Source of the DNA: a virus
Virus record (IMG/VR): IMGVR_UViG_3300037313_000882
Direction: 5' to 3' (one strand)
Length of the DNA: 57,270 bases
Shown here in pieces: positions 24,732 to 33,510 of the stretch. Made by a program: the position numbers and the translations under genes. The notes beneath the pieces are model-generated. The model was not told the DNA's origin. It made no database searches and saw only the letters and a list, made by a program, of their open reading frames with translations. The stretch's first letter is position 1. Every line of letters begins with the position of its first letter.

Positions 24732-24931
24732 CCCAAGCCTCCTCCTCGAAGCCCTGGACGGCTGGACACAAGATCAAGGTCACAACCTTCACCGGATCGC
24801 TCCGCATGGTGGAGTGCTCGTGTGGCTGGGCGGTTGGGTGTCACAGCGACCGAAAAGCTCTGCGGCTGATTGATGAGCACCACGACGCAAACCGAGCCGC
24901 CCTCCTTCTCGCAAGAGGGGGTGGGGAATGA
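24728..24931 (+). CDS. Hypothetical protein (67 aa)
   Basis: ORF track, with an ATGA overlap. Confidence 0.5.
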   Translation: MTQASSSKPWTAGHKIKVTTFTGSLRMVECSCGWAVGCHSDRKALRLIDEHHDANRAALLLARGGGE

Positions 24932-25161
24932 AGTGCCCTCACTGCAACGGAACCGGGGAGCTAGAGGGCGTCTCTGTGGGTGCGCTGGTCCTCACCATGC
25001 GAAAGGCCAGGGGCCTGACCCAGCAGGAGCTTTCCGAGGCCTGCGGGCTCTCGCGGGGGCAGATCGCCAACCTCGAAACTGACCGCACCGACCTTTCAAT
25101 CAAAGCGCTCTTCCGCGTCGCCAAGGCGCTGGAATGTGCACCACGGGACCTCATGCCATGA
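24928..25161 (+). CDS. XRE-type HTH protein with an N-terminal CxxC knuckle (77 aa)
   Basis: MKCPHCNGTG...RKARGLTQQELSEACGLSRGQIANLETDRTDLSIKALFRVAKAL. Confidence 0.65.
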   Translation: MKCPHCNGTGELEGVSVGALVLTMRKARGLTQQELSEACGLSRGQIANLETDRTDLSIKALFRVAKALECAPRDLMP

Positions 25162-25643
25162 CCAACCCCAACCCCGCATCATGCAGCACATGCGGTGGCG
25201 TCGGCTACATCGAGCGCGCCAGTGGCCCTGAGGCCCGTTGGCCGTGTCCCGAATGTGGCTCGAAAGGCCGGACCACCTCCCCAACCCTAATGGAAGAGCG
25301 GCGGGAGAGGATCGCGCTCGGGCGAACCACGCTGCGGGTGCTCCGCTATCTGGAGGACAACGGCCCGACCACGCTCAGCCATGGTGCGCGCCACGCCTCC
25401 TTTTCGCCCAACGGCATCTGGGTGATGGCGAGCACGAACTACCTGTTGCGCAGCAGCGGCATGGTCGAGTGGGCCGGCGGAAACTACGGCCGATGGGACG
25501 TGCGGATCACCGACTATGGCCGGGAGTGCCTGAAGCGCGGCTCGCGCGATCCTCGCCGCGTGGTCAGGTTCTCCGACAGCTATGGGCCAAAGCCCGATGA
25601 AGGGCCTCTCGCCGCCCTCGCTCGCGGGGAGGCTGGCCAATGA
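25158..25643 (+). CDS. Zinc-ribbon plus winged-helix-like protein (161 aa)
   Basis: Start at MTNPNPASCSTCGG...CPECGS with an ATGA overlap. TLRVLRYLEDNGPTT is wHTH-like. Confidence 0.55.
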   Translation: MTNPNPASCSTCGGVGYIERASGPEARWPCPECGSKGRTTSPTLMEERRERIALGRTTLRVLRYLEDNGPTTLSHGARHASFSPNGIWVMASTNYLLRSSGMVEWAGGNYGRWDVRITDYGRECLKRGSRDPRRVVRFSDSYGPKPDEGPLAALARGEAGQ

Positions 25644-25885
25644 CCCAGCTTCCTTCCGAAGTCCTAGACGCTGCGGCTGACGAGCAGTTGCTTCGGCAAG
25701 CGTGGGGCGCGCTGAACTTCATTCTGGCGTTCTACGAGCCCGGCCAGCGCTACCTCGACACAGAGGCGTGGAAGCAAGCCGAGGCTGGTGGCCATCGAGC
25801 CCACGCGGCCCTGAGCGAACGCCTCGGCAACCCACACCTGAGCTGGGGCCCCAACGCCGCCCTGGCCCGTTCGGAGGGGCGGTGA
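25640..25885 (+). CDS. Hypothetical protein (81 aa)
   Basis: ORF track. Confidence 0.5.
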   Translation: MTQLPSEVLDAAADEQLLRQAWGALNFILAFYEPGQRYLDTEAWKQAEAGGHRAHAALSERLGNPHLSWGPNAALARSEGR

Positions 25886-25886
25886 G

Positions 25887-26075
25887 ATGGGCGACGTGAC
25901 CAAAGTCTATCCGATCAACGACCTGCCGTGGCGGATGGAAGCCGAAGATCACATGGGCGATCCCGCCTGGTCGATCTTCGACAGCGGCGGCGCGCGTGTC
26001 GCAGTCGGCCTCATCCGTCTCGACGCCGAACTGGTCGTTCAGGCGGTCAACGCCCTGCATGAGCAACGCCAATGA
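25887..26075 (+). CDS. Hypothetical protein (62 aa)
   Basis: ORF track. Confidence 0.5.
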   Translation: MGDVTKVYPINDLPWRMEAEDHMGDPAWSIFDSGGARVAVGLIRLDAELVVQAVNALHEQRQ

Positions 26076-26299
26076 CCTCCTTCACCGTTCAAGGCGGCTC
26101 CATCCTCTGGAACGCCAAGGTTCCTCTGACAGAGGAGGACCTGATCCATTTCCACGGCCTGTTCCGGGACGAAGCCGATGCGGCTTGGAAGGCTGGGGAT
26201 CTGACCTTCTACACCAAATGCGCCGAGCTGGTGGCTGAGGTTGTTCACGCTCGTGACGCCTTCAAGCGCTGGGCGAAGGCTTCTGGAGGAGCCGCCTGA
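26072..26299 (+). CDS. Hypothetical protein (75 aa)
   Basis: ORF track. Confidence 0.5.
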   Translation: MTSFTVQGGSILWNAKVPLTEEDLIHFHGLFRDEADAAWKAGDLTFYTKCAELVAEVVHARDAFKRWAKASGGAA

Positions 26300-26340
26300 T
26301 GCTCTCCTTTCCTGAACAACCTAGCACGGGAGCTGCCTAA

Positions 26341-26922
26341 ATGGCCAAGACGCGTCTCACGAAATATGACCGCGAACAGATTTGCGCGGCCATCATCGCC
26401 CACAAGTTCGACCCCATCGAAGCCTCTTTGGTGGCCGAAGAAAACGCGCTCGCCATCCAGGCCCGCGCCAAGGCCTATGGCGACTATCTGAGCGTCATCG
26501 ACGCCGCTCCAAAGGGCGCGTTCTGCGAGGATGATTCCATCGACCTCAACGTGGGCGGCCGGCGCATTCGACTGCGGTTTGGGGCCTCGTACGAAGTCAG
26601 AGCCCGTATCTTCGCAGAGCACCGCAACGGCTACATCCTAAGCCTGCCCGAAACGGACAAATTCGGGGCCAAGGCGCTGTCCCTCGCTGAGCGCAAGGAG
26701 GCGTCCCGCTCAGAACGCGCCGAACTCAAGCGCACGCTGATGGCGACGCTTGGTGGCTTCAACAGCTTCGATGACCTCCAAGCCGGTTGGCCAGAAGCCG
26801 ACCGCTTCATCGTGGCGCGCTGGCAGGCTCGCGGTGAATACGCACCGGCTGTCCCGGCAATTGCGATCCGCGACCTTTCGGTAGCTCTGGATCTTCCGCC
26901 GGATGCTGCCGAGGCCGCCTGA
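26341..26922 (+). CDS. Hypothetical protein (193 aa), possibly Nmad5-type
   Basis: ORF track. The overall pattern (N-terminal helical region, ...LKRTLMATLGGFNSFDDLQAGWPEADRF) recalls Nmad5-family phage proteins; this assignment is tentative. Confidence 0.55.
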   Translation: MAKTRLTKYDREQICAAIIAHKFDPIEASLVAEENALAIQARAKAYGDYLSVIDAAPKGAFCEDDSIDLNVGGRRIRLRFGASYEVRARIFAEHRNGYILSLPETDKFGAKALSLAERKEASRSERAELKRTLMATLGGFNSFDDLQAGWPEADRFIVARWQARGEYAPAVPAIAIRDLSVALDLPPDAAEAA

Positions 26923-27026
26923 TGCTCTCCGCCCTCATCATCGGCGTCGGCTTCGTCGCCTTCCTGTCCCAGCTCTGGCCTCGCACGGCTGACGGTCGGA
27001 TCGACATGTGGAGGGCTGAGCCGTGA
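26922..27026 (+). CDS. Small membrane ORF (34 aa)
   Basis: MLSALIIGVGFVAFLSQLWPRTADGRIDMWRAEP, with a TGATG junction. Confidence 0.3.
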   Translation: MLSALIIGVGFVAFLSQLWPRTADGRIDMWRAEP

Positions 27027-27054
27027 AGCCCTCAAACGATCACGAGACCAACCC

Positions 27055-27291
27055 ATGACCGATAAGAAAACCTGGGAAGTCACCATCCCCATCGCCGGAC
27101 ACGCGCTCCTCACGGTCCAAGCGGACACCGAGGAAGAGGCCATCCAAAAGGGGATTATGGAAGCGGCCCTCCTTCACGTCGAGGAGTGGGAGGCGCTTGA
27201 ACGATTCCACGAAGGAAATGTCGCCTACGTCCCACGACCCTGGTCGGCAGAAGCTGTTTGCGTCGATGACGACGAGGATGTGGACGAATGA
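27055..27291 (+). CDS. Hypothetical acidic protein (78 aa)
   Basis: ORF track. Confidence 0.5.
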   Translation: MTDKKTWEVTIPIAGHALLTVQADTEEEAIQKGIMEAALLHVEEWEALERFHEGNVAYVPRPWSAEAVCVDDDEDVDE

Positions 27292-27554
27292 CCGCCCCCC
27301 TCCGCATCGTCCAAGACCGGACGCCCACCCTCTCCGAGCGGATCAAGGCCCTTCAAGCCGAAGCCCGAGGCCTCGCGCGAGAACACGTCGGAGCCCTGCA
27401 AGCGATCCTGTCCGAAGTGGAGCGCCTGGCGAAGGAGATCGCCGAGGGCGGGGAAGCCTATCCGGCAGGGGTCAGAGACCTCGCCCGTCGCCTCGCCGAG
27501 GACACCGCCAACAAGGCCCAGACCATCGAAGCCATCAGTGGGAGGAACGCATGA
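27288..27554 (+). CDS. Hypothetical protein (88 aa)
   Basis: ORF track. Confidence 0.5.
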   Translation: MTAPLRIVQDRTPTLSERIKALQAEARGLAREHVGALQAILSEVERLAKEIAEGGEAYPAGVRDLARRLAEDTANKAQTIEAISGRNA

Positions 27555-27757
27555 CCCCTCCCACCTTCTTCGCAAGGGATGGCGAGGTCTACTACCGTCA
27601 TGGCCTGTGGGTTCCTCAGGAGAGCGCCGAGCGGCTTCTGGCCCTGTTCCGCGCCGAGGCCAAGGACACCCCCTACAACGCCCCGGAACGCAAGCTGGTC
27701 GAGGAACTGACCGCTGCGATGACCGAGGCTTACCTTAGCACGGAGATCGCCGCGTGA
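27551..27757 (+). CDS. Hypothetical protein (68 aa)
   Basis: GGAGG RBS and an ATGA overlap. Translation starts MTPPTFFARDGEVYYRHGLWVPQESAERLL... Confidence 0.45.
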   Translation: MTPPTFFARDGEVYYRHGLWVPQESAERLLALFRAEAKDTPYNAPERKLVEELTAAMTEAYLSTEIAA

Positions 27758-28530
27758 CCTTCAAGCCTGAGCAGATCAAATCCCTGCAAGCTCCACTCTC
27801 CACGGCCAACGTGCTGGAGCGCGAGCAGGGCGGCAAGAGGCTCTCCTATATCGAGGCTTGGCACGCCATCGCCGAGGCCAATCGGATCTTTGGGTTCGAC
27901 GCCTGGACGAGCGAGACCGTCATGCTGACCGAGACCAACCGCGAGTTGGTCGAACTGAAAGGCCAGAATGGCCCCTACAAGCAATGGCGGGTCGGCTACC
28001 TCGCCAAGGTCCGCATCACCGTGGCCGGCGTCACCCGCGAAGGGACCGGGTTCGGTTCCGGCATGGGCAAGCCCGAAGCCCTTGGCGACGCTATCGAGAG
28101 CGCGGCGAAGGAGGCTGAGAGCGACGCTAGAAAGCGGGCGCTGATGACCTTCGGCAACCCCTTCGGGCTGGCGCTCTACGACAAGTCCCGCTCCATGGTC
28201 ACGACCGACGCGCCGCCGCCTCGCAGCGGCCAGCGCAAGACCGCAGCCCAGGCAAAGCGCGACGGCGACCACGAGAAATACACCAAAGAGATCGACAACC
28301 TCGACAAGGGCGGCGTGCTCGACTGGCTGGAGCACTTTGACGAGTACACCGCGGACGCCCCGCTTTCGTGGCTCGACCCGCTCCGCGACCGCCTGGAGCT
28401 ACGTCGCGAAGAACTCATGAACCCCCACGTCGACGCCGAGGCCGAACTCGACGCCGGATTTCGCGGAGCTGTTGGCCCAAGTGAAGTCGGCATGGCCCGG
28501 AACGGTCGTCACGCTGAGGCGCCGGTCTAA
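27754..28530 (+). CDS. Rad52/Rad22-family single-strand annealing protein
   Basis: 258 aa (GTG start). GGKRLSYIEAWHAIAEANRIFGFDAWTSE...GFGSG...AIESAAKEAESDARKRALMTFGNPFGLALYD matches Rad52-type SSAPs. Confidence 0.8.
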   Translation: MTFKPEQIKSLQAPLSTANVLEREQGGKRLSYIEAWHAIAEANRIFGFDAWTSETVMLTETNRELVELKGQNGPYKQWRVGYLAKVRITVAGVTREGTGFGSGMGKPEALGDAIESAAKEAESDARKRALMTFGNPFGLALYDKSRSMVTTDAPPPRSGQRKTAAQAKRDGDHEKYTKEIDNLDKGGVLDWLEHFDEYTADAPLSWLDPLRDRLELRREELMNPHVDAEAELDAGFRGAVGPSEVGMARNGRHAEAPV

Positions 28531-28982
28531 TGCGCAAAGCGTACACGCTTCACACAAAGGAGCAGCGGAAGAAGGTGGCTGAGACAGTCGCCACGCTTCC
28601 CAAGTTCTCGCGCGTCGAGATCAAGGGGCCGGTGCGCACGCTGAAGCAAAACAGCAAGCTTTGGCCGATGCTCACCGACGTTGCCGACCAAGCGACCTGG
28701 AACGGCGAGAAGCTGACCGAGGAAGAGTGGAAGGACATGTTCACTGGGGCCGTTAAGGTCGCCGGGGGAGGCGTCCGCGCGGTTCCCGGTCTTGAGGGAG
28801 GCATCATGCTTCTCGGCCTGCACACTTCGGACATGTCCGTCGAAGAGATGGCCGACCTGATCACCTACATGCTCAAGTGGGGTGACGAGCACGGCGTCGT
28901 CTGGAGCGACCCGTCAGAACAGATTTCAGAGAGCGGCCAGGGCGCGGGCGGGGCCAAGAACCCCGCTCGCGAGGCCGCCTGA
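28530..28982 (+). CDS. ninB: NinB/Orf-family recombination mediator
   Basis: 150 aa. RTLKQNSKLWPMLTDVADQATWNGEKLTEEEWKDMFTGA...TSDMSVEEMADLI...GVVWSD parallels lambda NinB. Confidence 0.8.
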   Translation: MRKAYTLHTKEQRKKVAETVATLPKFSRVEIKGPVRTLKQNSKLWPMLTDVADQATWNGEKLTEEEWKDMFTGAVKVAGGGVRAVPGLEGGIMLLGLHTSDMSVEEMADLITYMLKWGDEHGVVWSDPSEQISESGQGAGGAKNPAREAA

Positions 28983-29392
28983 TGCGGAACCTCACCAAGG
29001 AAGAGCGCGTCGCCGCCGCCAAGCAGGAGATCGCGGAACTGAGCGCTGGCCGCTCCGTAGCAGAATGGATTGGCGCGACGCCTGACACCCCTATCCCGGC
29101 CCGCGTGAAGCTGCGCGTGTTCGAACGGCATGGAGGCATCTGCTACCTGTCGGGCCGGAAGATCAAGGCTGGCGAGCCGTGGGACTGCGACCACGTGACC
29201 GCTCTCTGCAACGGCGGGGAGAACCGGGAAAGCAACTTGGCCCCGTCGCTCCGCGACAAGCACCGTGAGAAGACGGCCGACGATGTCGAGGAGAAGTCCA
29301 GAATCCGCCGCAAGCGCCTGAAGCACCTGGGCCAGTGGAAGGGTTCGGGCCGCAAGATCGCCGCCCACGTCAACCCATGGGGCAAGCGATGA
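28982..29392 (+). CDS. HNH endonuclease
   Basis: 136 aa with CYLSGRKI...WDCDHVTALCNGGENRESNLAP...HREKT. Confidence 0.8.
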   Translation: MRNLTKEERVAAAKQEIAELSAGRSVAEWIGATPDTPIPARVKLRVFERHGGICYLSGRKIKAGEPWDCDHVTALCNGGENRESNLAPSLRDKHREKTADDVEEKSRIRRKRLKHLGQWKGSGRKIAAHVNPWGKR

Positions 29393-29505
29393 TCGACCCA
29401 GCGCCGGACAGCTCAGAGCCCCTGACCAATGAGGCGCGCAGCGCCCATGCCGCACAGGTCGAACGTGAAGGTTCCCGGGATGATCAATAAATACAAGGCC
29501 CTGAC

Positions 29506-29817
29506 ATGACCCCAGACCGAGAAGCCCTGAGAGCGGCGGCGCTAGCCCGCAAGGCGGCGTGCGAACGGGACGCCAAACGAGATGCGCGGGTGAATGGCGA
29601 CTATGCGGCGGCCTTGGAGGATCAACTAGATTTCGCCACGCTCTCCATCCCACTACGCCCCTTGCTAGCCCTGCTGGACGAGCACGACGCACTGGTGGGG
29701 GCGTTGGAAGAGATGATCGGCATGGCGGAACTATTCGTTCCCGCGCCGCTCGACGCACCAGGCTTCAAGCGAGCCCGCTCCCTGCTCTCCACCAACCGCC
29801 AGGAGGCGAAGGGATGA
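29506..29817 (+). CDS. Hypothetical protein (103 aa)
   Basis: ORF track. Confidence 0.5.
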   Translation: MTPDREALRAAALARKAACERDAKRDARVNGDYAAALEDQLDFATLSIPLRPLLALLDEHDALVGALEEMIGMAELFVPAPLDAPGFKRARSLLSTNRQEAKG

Positions 29818-30056
29818 GACCGCTTCGGCAATTCTTCGCGGGCATGGCCGTTGCCTACGCGTTGGTCGGTACCTTCCTCGGGTTCGGGATGGCCTCAGTG
29901 ATCCCGGCGATGAACGGCATGGGCGTGGCCTATTACGCCATGACGTGGCCACTCTGGATCAGCGCGGGGACATACGGAACCCCCGCACCGCCTATCCCCA
30001 ATTGGTGCTTCACGTTCCGCGCCCAGGAGGCGAAGGGCCAGGAGACCCAGCCATGA
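29814..30056 (+). CDS. Membrane protein (80 aa)
   Basis: Internal ATG with an ATGA overlap. Translation starts MRPLRQFFAGMAVAYALVGTFLGFGMASVIPAMNGMGVAYYAMTWPLWI... Confidence 0.45.
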   Translation: MRPLRQFFAGMAVAYALVGTFLGFGMASVIPAMNGMGVAYYAMTWPLWISAGTYGTPAPPIPNWCFTFRAQEAKGQETQP

Positions 30057-30265
30057 GCGGGGTGAAGCTGACCAAGGCGCAGCGGTCGCTGCTGGAGATT
30101 GTCGAACAGTGGCATGGGCTGACCAAGAGCGCGCTGCCCGGCAGGGATTGGGGGCGGCTAGACCGCCTGGTTGAGATGGGTCTAGTGCGCCGCGCCGAAC
30201 GGGCACGGTATGTCGCGACCGACGCCGGCCGCCTCGCCCTCCAAGGCCAATCCCATGACGTCTGA
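30053..30265 (+). CDS. Winged-helix-like small protein (70 aa)
   Basis: ATGA overlap. Translation: MSGVKLTKAQRSLLEIVEQWHGLTKSAL...LVEMGLVRRAERARYVATDAGRLAL. Confidence 0.45.
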   Translation: MSGVKLTKAQRSLLEIVEQWHGLTKSALPGRDWGRLDRLVEMGLVRRAERARYVATDAGRLALQGQSHDV

Positions 30266-30638
30266 CACCCCCAACGCAAAGCCCGAGCCCATGGTGGAAC
30301 GGAGAGAACGGATCGCGCGCAAACTGCACGAGCGGGCTGAAGTCCGCGCCGCCCGGCGCGACACCTACAGCCCGTGGCATCCCGAGCGGTTTGAAGACCT
30401 TTCGCCTGGCCGCAAGCGCGACTTCTACGAAGACGCAGACGCCATCCTCGCCGAAGACCCGTCTCCGGGCCTGGTGGAGGCGCTGGAGAAGATCGTTGAA
30501 GTTGGCGTGAGGGCCGAAGTGATGCGGGTCGGTGATATGTACTCTAGTTCTGGCTACGACGAAATCGAGACCGTCAGCGAAGAAGCTCAGATCGCACGCG
30601 AAGCCCTCGCCGCCCTCTCCAAGGCCGAAAGCCAATGA
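30255..30638 (+). CDS. Hypothetical protein (127 aa)
   Basis: Internal ATG of the track ORF 30210..30638. Confidence 0.45.
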   Translation: MTSDTPNAKPEPMVERRERIARKLHERAEVRAARRDTYSPWHPERFEDLSPGRKRDFYEDADAILAEDPSPGLVEALEKIVEVGVRAEVMRVGDMYSSSGYDEIETVSEEAQIAREALAALSKAESQ

Positions 30639-30841
30639 GCAGCGAACCCGAAAGCCTGCCGACCGTCGAGCTGGTCGAGGGCGATTTCTACTGGATCAGG
30701 GACGCCTATGAGACCCCCGCTCCTTGGCAGATCGCCAAGTGGGTGCATAGCGCTTTCTGGGACGTGAACGGCCGCGAGGTCACGGCCCGCACGATCTGCG
30801 GCCCGATCCCCCGTCCTGCTGCTGGGGAGGGGGACAGATGA
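30635..30841 (+). CDS. Hypothetical protein (68 aa)
   Basis: ORF track. Confidence 0.45.
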   Translation: MSSEPESLPTVELVEGDFYWIRDAYETPAPWQIAKWVHSAFWDVNGREVTARTICGPIPRPAAGEGDR

Positions 30842-30924
30842 GCGTCCTGCGCGTCGCTCTCTGGCTCTCCTTCGTCGCCGTCGCCCTGGCTTCGGCTCTG
30901 TTCGTTTTGTGGAGGCATGTTTGA
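30838..30924 (+). CDS. Tiny membrane ORF (28 aa)
   Basis: MSVLRVALWLSFVAVALASALFVLWRHV, with an ATGA overlap. Confidence 0.25.
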   Translation: MSVLRVALWLSFVAVALASALFVLWRHV

Positions 30925-31166
30925 CCCAACCCGACCTTGAAGGGCTGAAGGCTGCGGCTGAGTGGCTGGATTCCCGCACCCTCAAGGCCGTGAAGGACGC
31001 GGCGTCTTGCTGTCGGGTGGCGGCGCAGGCATTCGAGACTGCTCTGGAGGGGGGCAGCGACTTCGAATGCCTCTTCCTCCAAGGCCTGGAAAACCTCAAG
31101 GCCGGTCAGACCCGAGCGGCGGCTGTCCTCCAGAAACATCGGCGAGCCGCGCGGAGGCGCAAATGA
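30921..31166 (+). CDS. Hypothetical protein (81 aa, TTG start)
   Basis: A GGAGG RBS lies 5 nt upstream, and there is a TTGA overlap. Confidence 0.4.
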   Translation: MTQPDLEGLKAAAEWLDSRTLKAVKDAASCCRVAAQAFETALEGGSDFECLFLQGLENLKAGQTRAAAVLQKHRRAARRRK

Positions 31167-31615
31167 CCGAGAACCCCTATCCGCTCAGCGGCGTGCTTCA
31201 GGTCGGCGATCTCCGCGTCGGCCCGTACATGTGGCTGGAGGCGTGCGCCCGCGCCGACCGCGCCGAGTTCCTGCTGGCGTTGATCTTCGCTGCCAACGAT
31301 CCTCGCCTCACGACCAAGGATGGCTCCCGCTGGGTTCGCGCAGATAGACGCGATGAAGCCGAAGTCCGCGCCCAAGCCGCCGAAGCCGCTCTCTCCGCCT
31401 TACGGACGGAAGTGGGAGAAGTGCTGGGCGCGCTGAAGGTTGAGCCGCGGGTCAACCTTCAATTGCTGAAGGATCATTGCAGCGCGGGCCTGCCCCAATC
31501 GCAAGTCGCTTCGCTCCAGAACCTAGCCTTCCGCGCCGCAAACGAGCTGGCCAACTTCCGCGCCCTCGCTCAACTCCATGCAGAGCTTACGGAGGGGAGA
31601 GGTGGTGAAAGCTGA
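31163..31615 (+). CDS. Hypothetical protein (150 aa)
   Basis: ATGA overlap. Translation starts MTENPYPLSGVLQVGDLRVGPYMWLEACARADRAEF... Confidence 0.5.
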   Translation: MTENPYPLSGVLQVGDLRVGPYMWLEACARADRAEFLLALIFAANDPRLTTKDGSRWVRADRRDEAEVRAQAAEAALSALRTEVGEVLGALKVEPRVNLQLLKDHCSAGLPQSQVASLQNLAFRAANELANFRALAQLHAELTEGRGGES

Positions 31616-31717
31616 TCAGGGTTCCTCCCGGGAACCTTCCCACACGCACAACGCGGCATCGGTCGCAAGCGACCTGATTGGCCAGCAGCTCAGCGTGTCC
31701 GGTGCTGGGGGTGATGG

Positions 31718-31996
31718 ATGAGTTACGCCTACACCCCCGAAACGCTCGCCGGCCATTGGGGCGTCTCGGCTGCCACCATCCGCAACCTCGTTCGCGAAGG
31801 GACCTTGCGTGCTTTCCGCGTCGGGCGGCAAATCCGCATCCGTCCTTCCGACGTGACAGCCTATGAGGAAGCCCAGTGCCAGAATGGCGGATCAAGCTCT
31901 ATCGGGGAGCTTACTACGGGGTCTCAAGCCATGAGGGGAAGACTAAGCGCTTCGCTCTCCGCACCAAGGATCTTGGCGAGGCCCGTCAGAGGCTAG
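31718..31996 (+). CDS. xis: Excisionase-type HTH (HTH_17/MerR-like)
   Basis: TPETLAGHWGVSAATIRNLVREGTLRAFRVGRQIRIRPSDVTAYEE. The reading frame overlaps the int start by ~120 nt. Confidence 0.6.
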   Translation: MSYAYTPETLAGHWGVSAATIRNLVREGTLRAFRVGRQIRIRPSDVTAYEEAQCQNGGSSSIGELTTGSQAMRGRLSASLSAPRILARPVRG

Positions 31997-32844
31997 CCGA
32001 TCATCTGCGCAAGCCAGTCGGCCACACGGTAGGCGAGCTGGTATCGGCGTATCTGGACGACAAGGACAAGACCGCCATTCGCGCCGTCGATCTGCGGGGG
32101 GCATGGAAACAGGCAGAGGCCACCTTCGGCCACCTAAGACCAGACCAGATCACTCGCGATCTCTGCCGGTCCTACCGTGACACGCGCTATGCGGCCGGCC
32201 GCAAGCCCAACACCGTGCGCAAGGAACTGGAGGTTGTCCGCGCCGCGCTGAACTTCCACAAGAAGGGCGCCGATGCGGTTTTTGAGTTGCCGGCCCCTCC
32301 CCCGCCCAAGGAACGCTATCTCAGCCGAGATGAGGCCAGGGCGCTCTTGAAGGGCGCCAGGCGGTTTCCCCACGTCCGCGCGTTCATCGCCCTGTCGCTG
32401 GCCACAGGAGCCCGGCAATCAGCCCTCCTTGAGCTGACCTGGGACCGCGTGGATATGGAACGCAGACGCATCACCTTGGCGCTGGGAGACGCCGCAGACG
32501 ACGCGCGCAAGCGGCGCGCAACGGTCCCGATGAACCGGCGCGCCTACCGCTATCTGCGCGTGCTGCGCGAGGCCCGGACCTGCAACCACGTCATTGAGTG
32601 GGGCGGTCATCGCGTGCTGTCGATCAAGAAGGGATTCAGGGCCGCCAGCGAGCGCGCCGGGCTCGATGGGATCACCCCACACATCCTGCGCCATACGGCG
32701 GCTTCGTGGATGGCGGAAAGCGGCGTCGATATGTTCAGGATCAGCCGCTACCTGGGGCACTCGGACACCAAGGTCACAGAGCGCCGCTACGCCAAGCTGC
32801 ACCCCGACTTCCTCGCGGATGCCGCGGATGCGTTGGACTTCTAA
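31876..32844 (+). CDS. int: Tyrosine integrase
   Basis: 322 aa (GTG start). ALSLATGARQSALLELTW..., HILRHTAASWMAESG and RISRYLGHSDTKVTERRYAKL carry the R-H-R-Y catalytic pattern. Confidence 0.9.
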   Translation: MPEWRIKLYRGAYYGVSSHEGKTKRFALRTKDLGEARQRLADHLRKPVGHTVGELVSAYLDDKDKTAIRAVDLRGAWKQAEATFGHLRPDQITRDLCRSYRDTRYAAGRKPNTVRKELEVVRAALNFHKKGADAVFELPAPPPPKERYLSRDEARALLKGARRFPHVRAFIALSLATGARQSALLELTWDRVDMERRRITLALGDAADDARKRRATVPMNRRAYRYLRVLREARTCNHVIEWGGHRVLSIKKGFRAASERAGLDGITPHILRHTAASWMAESGVDMFRISRYLGHSDTKVTERRYAKLHPDFLADAADALDF

Positions 32845-33041
32845 GCCCTAGTTGCTCTTTTAGCCCAAAAGAACCAGAATCGTTGTCGCTCGCTGTCGTG
32901 TTCGACGCTTGTTCGCGGGCGCTCTTACGGGAAAATACAAGGATTTCATGGCTCGCGCACCCGCCCCTCTCGTTCACACGGATGAGGCCGCTCCTGTTGA
33001 ATCAACGGGCTCACCGGTCGATATTGGACCAATGGCTCCAA
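32845..33041. other. Probable attP arm region between int and the tRNA
   Basis: Non-coding, with short TGT(T)CG direct repeats (gttgtcgctcgctgtcgtgttcgacgcttgttcgcg). It is adjacent to the integrase. Confidence 0.35.
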
Positions 33042-33116
33042 GGACGCATAGCTCAGCGGGAGAGCATTCGCTTCACACGCGAAGGGTCGCAGGTTCAATC
33101 CCTGCTGCGTCCACCA
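33042..33116 (+). tRNA. tRNA-Val (anticodon CAC), full length with encoded CCA
   Basis: Cloverleaf folded by hand: acceptor GGACGCA/TGCGTCC, D arm GCTC..GAGC, anticodon stem TTCGC/GCGAA with loop TTCACAC, T arm GCAGG-TTCAATC-CCTGC, then discriminator A and CCA. Confidence 0.9.
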
Positions 33117-33439
33117 TTCCTCGGCGACGGCCGAGTTGCATCTACTTCATCCATGCGAAGGAAAGCGGTCGGGTGAAGATCGGGGTTTCGTGCGACCCAA
33201 TCGGACGCCTTGGCGTCCTTCAGACTGGAAGCGGCGAACCGCTGATCCTGATTGGTTGGGCGGACTTCAGCGATTGCCACCCGGCCGAAGTCCGCGCCAT
33301 GGAGCGCGACCTACATCGCTGCTTTGAACCTTGGCGCCTGTCTGGCGAATGGTTCAGCGCTATCCCGGAAATTTTACAATTCGCGCAGGAGACGTCTCAC
33401 ATGGAAACCCTGCATTCAGTGCGTTTGGCGCGAACCTAA
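33116..33439 (+). CDS. T5orf172 (GIY-YIG superfamily, MUG113-like) domain protein; start codon unresolved
   Basis: CIYFIHAKESGRVKIGVSCDPIGRLGVLQTGSGEPLILIG...ERDLHRCFEPWRLSGEWF matches T5orf172. No ATG, GTG or TTG lies between the tRNA 3' end and the first domain strand. The in-frame ATG at 33033 would overlap the whole tRNA. Confidence 0.55.
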   Translation: MPRRRPSCIYFIHAKESGRVKIGVSCDPIGRLGVLQTGSGEPLILIGWADFSDCHPAEVRAMERDLHRCFEPWRLSGEWFSAIPEILQFAQETSHMETLHSVRLART

Positions 33440-33510
33440 CATTGCCAATCTGGGCGCGATGTGGGACTCTCTCCCTTGCACGGGTCAAGGTGATCCGCCG
33501 TTAAACGGAG

